DNA of 27,330 nucleotides from Candidatus Coprovivens sp. (GTDB lineage Bacteria; Bacillota_I; Bacilli_A; RF39; UBA660): NCBI GenBank assembly GCA_051892935.1, contig JBJFGS010000002.1, positions 1 to 27,330 of the forward strand, read 5' to 3'. Shown piece by piece: positions 18,953 to 25,955 of this stretch (position 1 is its first letter; each line of letters starts with the position of its first letter). The notes under the pieces were generated by a model. It saw only the letters and a program-made list of their open reading frames with translations, ran no database searches and was not told where the DNA came from. The position numbers and the translations under genes were made by a program.

Positions 18953-18956
18953 TATT

Positions 18957-19412
18957 ATGAAAAAACAAAATGTATTAGATTTATTATGCGATGATTTTAT
19001 TAATCAATATGAGCAAGAAAAAGATAATTTATATATGTGTGTTAATGATGAAAATATAGATAAAAATGTTAAATTATATATAATACCTTTTTTAGAAAAA
19101 CATTATAAATTATTAGATTTAGATTTTACCTTTAATATTAATTCAAATGATGAAATAGTAAAATATAAAAGTATGTCCTTATTATGTGCCTTAATTAAAG
19201 GTATATATGATTTAATGGCTACAAATCCTAATTTTTTTCAACATTATGAAAAAAAATTTGATACTAAAACAGCTTATAATGAATTATGTATTAGAGTGTT
19301 GTTAGGAAATATATTAGATATAAAAAAAGGACTAAAAAATATAAATGAAGATATGACAAACACCTTTAAAGAATATTTAGATAATGTTAAGAATATTATA
19401 GATAATGCTTAA
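18957..19412 (+). CDS. Hypothetical protein (element cargo)
   Basis: 151-aa ORF 4 nt after the previous stop, with an AAGGA RBS inside the upstream gene. Confidence 0.75.
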   Translation: MKKQNVLDLLCDDFINQYEQEKDNLYMCVNDENIDKNVKLYIIPFLEKHYKLLDLDFTFNINSNDEIVKYKSMSLLCALIKGIYDLMATNPNFFQHYEKKFDTKTAYNELCIRVLLGNILDIKKGLKNINEDMTNTFKEYLDNVKNIIDNA

Positions 19413-19443
19413 GGAGTAGGCTTTCAATAAGTCTATTCCTTTT
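19411..19443 (+). terminator. Intrinsic terminator
   Basis: AAGGAGTAGGCTT-TCAAT-AAGTCTATTCCTT followed by a T run (G-U pairs). Confidence 0.65.
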
Positions 19444-19614
19444 ATTATTATTTAATATATTTATATTAATATATATAAGAGTATATATTATTTTTATAAT
19501 AATTAAATTATTTATATACTAATAAATATATTAAGTTAAGTTTATATATATTTATTTAATATAATTATATATAAATAAATTAATATATTACCAAGTATAA
19601 TATATTAAAAGTAT

Positions 19615-19760
19615 AATTATCTTTTCATAAGGAATAATATTATTTTTACTTTCAATAGATTATATTATTATCTTTCATAAGACTAATATTATTTAATTAC
19701 ATAAGATTACATATTATTTATTTACTATAAGAATATTATTATTTTATAGTTTAATAGAGT
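19615..19760. repeat. Degenerate tandem array of about six 23-27-bp units (consensus roughly TTTCATAAGA.TAATATTATT)
   Basis: (C)ATAAG/AATAG cores end at 19631, 19658, 19681, 19705, 19731 and 19757; the first five are each followed by ATATTATT. Confidence 0.5.
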
Positions 19761-19984
19761 TTATAACCTTTTGTAAAGTCTTAATTCTAACAGAAATACA
19801 TTAAAGGTTATTAAGTCATATAATATACTCTATATATGAAACAACCGACCTTTAAATGCTTTTTTTAATAACGATTAGGTATTAGATATATAAATCATCA
19901 ATTTAATTATTTTTACCGAAACACGCCACCTAAAAATATTAAAAAATTAGGCGTTTTATATAGATTAAAAGAGTGATAAAGATT

Positions 19985-20245
19985 TTATTCTTCATCACTC
20001 TTATTTTTTGTTTCTTCTTCTTTAAATAATTCAGCTATATCTATATCAAGCACAAGTGCTAATCTCCAAAGTGTTCCAAGACTAAATGTTTGGTGGTTTT
20101 TACTTTCTATATTAGATATAAATTGAGTTGAATAACTCATCTTTTGGGCTAATTGTTCTTGCGTTAGTCCTTTTTGTTGTCGTTGCTTTTTAATGTTTTT
20201 AGATACTATCTCATACACATAGTTTTCATCATTTCTATTAAACAA
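19985..20245 (-). CDS. XRE/Cro-CI-family HTH transcriptional regulator
   Basis: NIKKQRQQKGLTQEQLAQKMSYSTQFISNIES...SLGTLWRLALVLDI. Confidence 0.92.
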   Translation of the reverse strand: MFNRNDENYVYEIVSKNIKKQRQQKGLTQEQLAQKMSYSTQFISNIESKNHQTFSLGTLWRLALVLDIDIAELFKEEETKNKSDEE

Positions 20246-20318
20246 TTATACCACCACTATATCTATACATAATTTTCTCATTTATTTAATTAAGTATGTT
20301 TATTCTATTCGTGTAAGT

Positions 20319-20329
20319 TGTGGTATAAT
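20319..20329 (+). promoter_or_regulatory. Extended -10 promoter for the membrane-protein cluster
   Basis: TGTGGTATAAT upstream of a GAAAGGAG RBS; the identical 11-mer occurs at 17997-18007. Confidence 0.6.
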
Positions 20330-20355
20330 GATTATAGAAAGGAGTTTAATTTTTT

Positions 20356-21510
20356 ATGTTAGGTTTGAGATTTTTAGGTGCTAATTTTTTTCTAATGATT
20401 TATTTCAGCATAGCCATTATCATATTTATTTATATATTACACAATAAGGGAAATAAACAAGAAGAACGACAAAGAATGATAAAATGTCCTGATTGTGGTA
20501 GAAAAATATCTATAAATGCTAAAATGTGTCGTTATTGTAATAGTGAGATATTACAAAATAAAGAAATTGTTGAAGATAGTATAATCGTAAATGACAAAAA
20601 AATAGATTATAGAAAGAAAAAAAATATATTAATTATCTATCAACTACTTGCTGGAATTATCATAGTAATTGGTTATGAAAAAATTGATAGTATGATACCT
20701 CAAATATTATTACTTTTATCTTTAATAATGAATACAATTACTTTAATAATTTTTATGATTAAATATAACGAACAAAGAAAAACAATAAAATTAAGAATTA
20801 GCATTATTTCAATATTAGCCATAATATGTGGTGTTATATTCAGTTTAAATTACACAATGAGTTTTATTCATAAAGTAGATATGGGTTATTCAAGTGATAT
20901 AAGAGAGATACTTTACTTAAATACCTATGATAAAAAAGAGGCAAAAGATTTTTTACAAAATATTTATAGCTCATTACACAAAGACGAAAGATTAGATATT
21001 GGGTCTTGCTTATCTTTATATGGTATATGGGAAGATAGAGAAAAAGAAAATACTTATATAGTAAATATAAAAGAAACTTGTGAAAGTAGTTATTTACCAC
21101 CAAATGCTATGAAAGTTGAGATAAATAGTCAAGACAAAACAAAAGTAGAAAAAGTTTATTGGGACTTTAACAAAGATATAGACATTATTTTATATGAAAA
21201 TGGCAAACAAGTTAATGATTTTGTTTATCTATATAATGCTATGCTTTATACCGATGTTCCAACATATCCTATAAAAGATTATTTTGAAGAAGATATAAAA
21301 GAATATTTAAAATCTCCAAGTTCAGCAACCTTTACCTATAATAAATTTGAATACAATAAAAGTGAAAATAGATTTTATTATGATGGTTGGGTAGAGGCTC
21401 AAAACTCTTTTGGCGCTATTGTAAGAGAAGATTTTAAATTAAAATTGATACCTTGTAATGAAGAATATTGTGATTGGTATTCATTAAATTACGAATGGAA
21501 TTTTGAATAA
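20356..21510 (+). CDS. Zinc-ribbon membrane protein with a large extracytoplasmic domain
   Basis: TM, CPDC...CRYC, three further TM helices, and a C-terminal LKSPSSATF...VEAQNSFGA motif familiar from prophage membrane/lipoproteins. Confidence 0.8.
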   Translation: MLGLRFLGANFFLMIYFSIAIIIFIYILHNKGNKQEERQRMIKCPDCGRKISINAKMCRYCNSEILQNKEIVEDSIIVNDKKIDYRKKKNILIIYQLLAGIIIVIGYEKIDSMIPQILLLLSLIMNTITLIIFMIKYNEQRKTIKLRISIISILAIICGVIFSLNYTMSFIHKVDMGYSSDIREILYLNTYDKKEAKDFLQNIYSSLHKDERLDIGSCLSLYGIWEDREKENTYIVNIKETCESSYLPPNAMKVEINSQDKTKVEKVYWDFNKDIDIILYENGKQVNDFVYLYNAMLYTDVPTYPIKDYFEEDIKEYLKSPSSATFTYNKFEYNKSENRFYYDGWVEAQNSFGAIVREDFKLKLIPCNEEYCDWYSLNYEWNFE

Positions 21511-21559
21511 TTAAAATATATAATTTAGTTTATATGGATTGTGAAAGGGGTATGATAAA

Positions 21560-22057
21560 ATGGCTTTAATTAAATGTAGAGAGTGTGGAAAAGAGATAAG
21601 TGATAAGGCAACTACTTGCCCTAATTGTGGTATTAAAATACATCCTATTAAAAATATAATAAAAATAGTTGTTATTTTATTTATTGTGATAATTGTATTA
21701 TGTTTAGGAATATTTATTTTTAGTGGTGGATTAACAAATATAAAAAACTATAGTATGAGCAAAAAAATTGAAGGGCTTTGGGTTTTACAAAATAATATTG
21801 AAGGAGTAAAGCAAAATATTAAAATTGATAATGTTATGATTTGTGCTGGAGATGGTAATTGCTTACATAAAAATAATCAATATATGGTTGGAAAAAATGA
21901 TATTTTTGATAATTATACTGGTTCTGAATATTATGTATGTTTAGAATTAAAAGATAAAAATACTTTAATACAAACCAATTGTAAGGATGATGGAGTTTCT
22001 AACTATAGTTCATATAACTATATTAAAGAAATGGGAATAATATATAAGAAAAAATAG
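21560..22057 (+). CDS. Zinc-ribbon single-TM protein
   Basis: MALIKCRECGKEISDKATTCPNCG followed by a TM helix and a Cys-containing external domain. Confidence 0.85.
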   Translation: MALIKCRECGKEISDKATTCPNCGIKIHPIKNIIKIVVILFIVIIVLCLGIFIFSGGLTNIKNYSMSKKIEGLWVLQNNIEGVKQNIKIDNVMICAGDGNCLHKNNQYMVGKNDIFDNYTGSEYYVCLELKDKNTLIQTNCKDDGVSNYSSYNYIKEMGIIYKKK

Positions 22058-22104
22058 TATATAGACAACTTATTTATATGTATTGAAAGGAGTGAGTATG
22101 TTAG

Positions 22105-23073
22105 ATGAGTATAATATTTTTAGCAACTTTAGTGGTTATAATATTGGGATTAGGTATTTTCATTGATATTTTTATAAACAAAAAAAAGAATAATCATTTA
22201 CCCATTAAAATATGTATTTGTATAGTTGTTGTAGTTATTTTGATATTTGTTATTTTAAAAATATTTCATACAAGTGATAATAGTGTAGAAAACCTTGATT
22301 ATACAGTTAATTATTGTATAAATACAAAAGAAAAGTATTTATCACAATTTAATGTAATAGAAAAAAATAGAGTAAAAGTAAATATTAAACACTATAATAA
22401 TTTAACAGAAGACGCACCAGATACTTTAAAAGATTTTGTTGAAAAAGTTTGTGATATACAAAAATATGGTGATGAAAATCAAATAGATTATAGTTATAAA
22501 TGTGGGTATGGATTAGATTTAGAAGAATATACATATATTGGAACTCTTGAAGATGTAAAAAAACAATTTGAAGATGAAGAAAGTTATTGCTATACTCTTG
22601 ATAAGGATGAAGAAACACAAAAGATTATAGAAAACAAAAAATGGTGTAATTATTATAGTTATAAATATTTTATAACTTTTGATAATGATATAGCAACAAG
22701 AAAGCAAGGAAGCTTTATAAATAAATATAATTATTCTACTAATGGAAATAAAATTATTTTATATGATAATTTTAGTAAATATGAATATACATATAATGAA
22801 GAAAAAAATATTATAGAAGAAAAAATCTTAGGCGACTATTTTTTTGAATGTGAAAATGAAGAAGAAGATTATAATTTAGTTAGAGAATTATATAATTATG
22901 ATGGTAAAACTGATAGATTAGCACCTAATCGTTTTAATAATAAATATAAATTTAATCATGTTGAGTGTTCTAATGGAATAACAGCAACTTATGATGAAGA
23001 TAGAAAAATGTTATTTCCAAGCGAAAATAAAAGTTCAGAGTGTATAATATATTTTGATAATATTCAAAATTAA
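22105..23073 (+). CDS. Membrane-anchored hypothetical protein (2 N-terminal TM, Cys/Tyr-rich external part)
   Basis: 322-aa ORF, GAAAGGAG RBS, two hydrophobic segments. Confidence 0.75.
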   Translation: MSIIFLATLVVIILGLGIFIDIFINKKKNNHLPIKICICIVVVVILIFVILKIFHTSDNSVENLDYTVNYCINTKEKYLSQFNVIEKNRVKVNIKHYNNLTEDAPDTLKDFVEKVCDIQKYGDENQIDYSYKCGYGLDLEEYTYIGTLEDVKKQFEDEESYCYTLDKDEETQKIIENKKWCNYYSYKYFITFDNDIATRKQGSFINKYNYSTNGNKIILYDNFSKYEYTYNEEKNIIEEKILGDYFFECENEEEDYNLVRELYNYDGKTDRLAPNRFNNKYKFNHVECSNGITATYDEDRKMLFPSENKSSECIIYFDNIQN

Positions 23074-23119
23074 TTTTATAGAAATATTCATATATATTTT
23101 TAGTTGTCTAATTTAAATT

Positions 23120-23140
23120 AGGGGTAATGCCCCTTTTTTT
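23120..23140 (+). terminator. Intrinsic terminator of the membrane-protein cluster
   Basis: AGGGGT-AAT-GCCCCT followed by a T run. Confidence 0.65.
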
Positions 23141-23421
23141 ATGTTTGAATATCTTTTTTTATTCAACCCAACCCCTATAACCTAATAAAAGCAATTTTAA
23201 GATACACTCCTGTTATTTTTATTTCAAAACGATTATTTATATTAGCTTTATATTTAAGTGTCTAAAAACAACCTAAAAATAAGTTTTAAGAGTATGTTCT
23301 ACGAACAATTATTTTATTGCTTTTAATTCTTTTATCTATCAATATACAATTTATATATAATCTATATACTTTTTGATTTATCTTGTTATTTTGCTACTAA
23401 ATTAATAAGGAGATGATAAAA

Positions 23422-23604
23422 GTGAGTGATAAATATTATACACTAAAAGAAATTAGTTGTTTGATAAAAACACCTATACTATATTTAAGAAAAATAGTTA
23501 AGGAACATAAATTAAAAGGTCATTTTATTGGTAGGCAATATATTGTTAGTGAAAAAGAATTAAAAGATTTTATTAATTCAGTAGGAGTTAAAAATGAACG
23601 ATAA
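23422..23604 (+). CDS. Excisionase-like (HTH_17/MerR-type winged helix) DNA-binding protein
   Basis: YYTLKEIS..I......LRKIVKEHKLKG..IGRQYIVSEKEL..FI pattern. GTG 23422 is preferred because ATG 23413 directly abuts the AAGGAG RBS. Confidence 0.8.
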   Translation: MSDKYYTLKEISCLIKTPILYLRKIVKEHKLKGHFIGRQYIVSEKELKDFINSVGVKNER

Positions 23605-23929
23605 AGAATTATTAAAACTATTAGGTATAAATGATACTACAATTACATTTGGTCTTGATGAAGATATACAAATTGCTATTGAGAGAAAAATTGATAATTA
23701 TTTAAAAAAACTTGATGAAGAAAAAAAGAAAGAAGAACAAATTAATTTTTATAAAAAAGAATATGATAATTTTAAAGAAAAGAAAAAATTTATTGATACC
23801 TTTAATGATAGTTATGTTTATGGAAAGGTTAAAAACACTTTAATAAGAGATGGTTTTATATATAGATGCCCTTTTTGTTTAGATGTGTCAGGACAATATG
23901 CTAAATACCCTAAAAATAATAAACATTAA
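23594..23929 (+). CDS. Hypothetical protein (coiled coil plus a single CPFC motif)
   Basis: AGGAG RBS; overlaps the xis-like gene by 11 nt. Confidence 0.7.
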   Translation: MNDKELLKLLGINDTTITFGLDEDIQIAIERKIDNYLKKLDEEKKKEEQINFYKKEYDNFKEKKKFIDTFNDSYVYGKVKNTLIRDGFIYRCPFCLDVSGQYAKYPKNNKH

Positions 23930-23976
23930 AAAGAGATAAGTTAAGTATTAAATTACTTGCTTATCTCTCTTTTTTT
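23928..23976. terminator. Bidirectional terminator between convergent genes
   Basis: AGAGATAAGTTAAGTA...TACTTGCTTATCTCT flanked by A and T runs. Confidence 0.7.
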
Positions 23977-24220
23977 ATTTTATATTTAAAAATTGTCTTA
24001 CTATTAATGTTTGTGTTGGATTTAATTCTTGTAATCTTGTTCTAAATTTATTAAATAATTTTTGTTTTTGTTTTTCTATAAGTTTTCTTTCTCTCTTGCT
24101 TAATTCTTGATTATCTAATAATTGTTGTAAAGTTAGCATTTCAAAAACATTTTCTTTCATATCTTCAGTAAATACAAACTCTAAATCTTTAATTGGTTTT
24201 AATTTTTCTTCTTCTTTCAT
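23975..24220 (-). CDS. Small helical hypothetical protein next to attR
   Basis: 81-aa ORF with TAAGGAG RBS, starting about 70 bp inside the attR arm. Confidence 0.75.
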   Translation of the reverse strand: MKEEEKLKPIKDLEFVFTEDMKENVFEMLTLQQLLDNQELSKRERKLIEKQKQKLFNKFRTRLQELNPTQTLIVRQFLNIK

Positions 24221-24290
24221 AAATTCATACTCCTTATAAATAATTTGTATATTAAATTATGTTTCATTAGTAATTATAATACTTTTTTAC

Positions 24291-24331
24291 TTACTTTCAC
24301 TTATAAGAGGATGAACAGGTCCAACTGGTCC
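24291..24331 (+). repeat. attR: arm TTACTTTCACTTATA (24291-24305), 9-bp spacer, AC core (24315-24316), GPT-repeat half-site
   Basis: TTACTTTCACTTATA AGAGGATGA|AC|AGGTCCAACTGGTCC. Confidence 0.9.
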
Positions 24332-25025
24332 ATCAGAAACACTAGCAGTAGGAACAACAACAACTGGTGATGCCGGAACAGATGCAATAGTAACAGATTC
24401 AGGAGGAGGACCAAACCACGTATTCGACTTCGTAATTCCAAGAGGTATAGATGGTGAAGATGGTGAAGACGGAGATATCGGGCCAACCGGACCTACTGGT
24501 CCTACTGGTCCAACAGGTCCTGCCGGTCCAATGGGCCAATGCGAATGTAGATGTCGTTCAGTGGGAGAACTAATAACAAATGGTAACATGGAAAGCGTAA
24601 CAAACAATAAACCGAATGGTTGGACATTCACAAATCCAAATGGCGTTACATCGGAAAACTCACAAGGTAGAGTTCATTCTGGTAACTGGTCAGTTAATAT
24701 AGAAGACAATTCATCAATAAAACAAACAATACCAATATCTGAATGTGGATGCTACTACGAAATATCATTCTTTGCTAGAGGTGAAGGTTCTCAAGTTGGC
24801 TTAGAACTTAATGCTCTTTACGAAACACCATCAGGACAAGTCCAAGCAGGAACACTATCTATAAGACAGCAAGACATAACAGATTTAAATAGAGACTTTG
24901 GTTACTATCGATTAATAACATACCAAGCACCATCAGGAGTAACAGGACTAACTCTTGAATTCAAAGTAACAGCAAATGGTGAACAATCACTCGACTTAGA
25001 CGATGTTTCAGTAATAATTGCATAA
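24315..25025 (+). CDS. 3' half of the interrupted collagen-like gene: GPT triplets, a non-collagen insert, more triplets, CECRC, and a CBM4/9-like (galactose-binding-fold) C-terminal domain
   Basis: The frame opens right after TGA 24312-24314 with no start codon or RBS: [80 protein letters not shown]...ELITNGNME...W...HSG...LDDVSV. Confidence 0.9.
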   Translation, partial: TGPTGPSETLAVGTTTTGDAGTDAIVTDSGGGPNHVFDFVIPRGIDGEDGEDGDIGPTGPTGPTGPTGPAGPMGQCECRCRSVGELITNGNMESVTNNKPNGWTFTNPNGVTSENSQGRVHSGNWSVNIEDNSSIKQTIPISECGCYYEISFFARGEGSQVGLELNALYETPSGQVQAGTLSIRQQDITDLNRDFGYYRLITYQAPSGVTGLTLEFKVTANGEQSLDLDDVSVIIA

Positions 25026-25027
25026 TC

Positions 25028-25055
25028 AAAAAAAGAGAATTTTTTCTCTTTTTTT
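25028..25055 (+). terminator. Intrinsic terminator after the collagen-like gene
   Basis: AAAAAAAGAGAA-TTTT-TTCTCTTTTTTT. Confidence 0.7.
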
Positions 25056-25103
25056 ATTAAAACAAAAAATGTTATAATAATTATATAATTATTTGGAGGA
25101 TAT

Positions 25104-25907
25104 ATGAAAACAGTAGTAATAACAGGTAGTGCTCGTGGCTTAGGCTTCGAAATGGCAAAATTATTTAAAAAAGCAAATCTAAATGTCGTAATAAGTGACT
25201 TAAAAGAAGAAAACGGAAATAAAGCCAAAGAAGAATTAGACAAAATAGAATCACAATCTAAAGTTGAATACAAAGTATGTAATGTAACCAATATTAAAGA
25301 CATACAAGAATTAATAGAATTCACCAAAAATAAATTCGACAATATAGATATTTGGATAAACAACGCCGGAGTAAATCAACCAGATAAAGCTATTTGGGAA
25401 CTAACAGAACAAGAAATCAACATGGTTCTCGATGTTGATTTAAAAGGTGCTATAATAGGCTCAAAACTAGTAATGGAAGAAATGTCAAAACAACACAAAG
25501 GAGCTATCTATAATATCGAAGGATATGGTAGTAACGATGTTATGATGCTAGGACTATCAATCTATGGAACTAGTAAAAGAGCAATCACGTACTTCACCCA
25601 AGCACTAGCAAAATAAACTGAAGAACGTAACACAGGAGTTATAATAGGTAGACTAAGTCCTGGAATAATGATAACAGACTTCATAACTAATGCATTAGGA
25701 GACAAAGGAAGAATCGAATTACTAGAAAAAACTAAAAAAGTCTATAACATTCTTGGTGATTATCCAGATGTAGTGGCAAACTTCCTAGTAACAGAAATAT
25801 TAAAAAATACTAAAAACAACGCTCATATTGAATGGTTAACTAATGGTAAAGCAGCGTGGCGTTTTATGACATCTGGATTCACCAAAAGAGATTTCTTTAA
25901 TAAATAG
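25104..25907 (+). pseudogene. Short-chain dehydrogenase/reductase interrupted by one in-frame TAA (25614-25616)
   Basis: TGSARGLG, WINNAG and YGTSK motifs; the frame continues after the TAA as TEERNTGVIIGRLSPGIMITDF and is in frame with ORF 25668..25907 (267 codons in total). Confidence 0.85.
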
Positions 25908-25955
25908 CAGATTAATCTGCTATTTATTATGCTATAATAAATATGGAGGGATATA

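Larger units (their letters stand above)
15504..24316. mobile_element. 8,811-bp large-serine-recombinase integrative element inserted in the collagen-like gene (coordinates include both AC core copies)
   Basis: Recombinase next to the left junction; AC core at both ends; perfect 15-bp inverted arms placed symmetrically 9 bp from the cores; removal restores the reading frame; visibly more T-rich than the A-skewed host flanks. Confidence 0.93.

Noticed and set aside
19615-19760. CRISPR array
   Set aside because: The units are contiguous and degenerate, with no unique spacers and no cas genes.
15551-24220. Complete prophage or ICE
   Set aside because: No structural, lysis, terminase, T4SS or relaxase genes are recognisable in the 8.8 kb.
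15515-24305. Reading the 15-bp inverted repeats as DDE transposon ends or invertible-segment sites
   Set aside because: They lie 9 bp inside directly repeated AC cores and form a symmetric attP when joined. No DDE transposase is present, and the geometry predicts excision, not inversion.
24306-24370. AGAGG-ATG in attR as a restart for the 3' half
   Set aside because: ATG 24311 is out of frame with the collagen, has no spacing from the RBS-like sequence, and closes after about 19 codons.
24287-24631. Minus-strand ORFs of 114 aa (with GPVGPV triplets) and 61 aa
   Set aside because: Antisense shadows of the collagen 3' half. GPT codons read as GPV on the other strand because GGNCC is self-complementary.
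24531-25025. The 164-aa ORF as an independent gene
   Set aside because: There is no RBS before ATG 24531, and the frame is open back to the att core at 24315. It is the tail of the split gene.
25614-25616. Stop-codon reassignment or programmed readthrough
   Set aside because: The codon is TAA, which ends most genes in this window, and no other gene has an internal stop.
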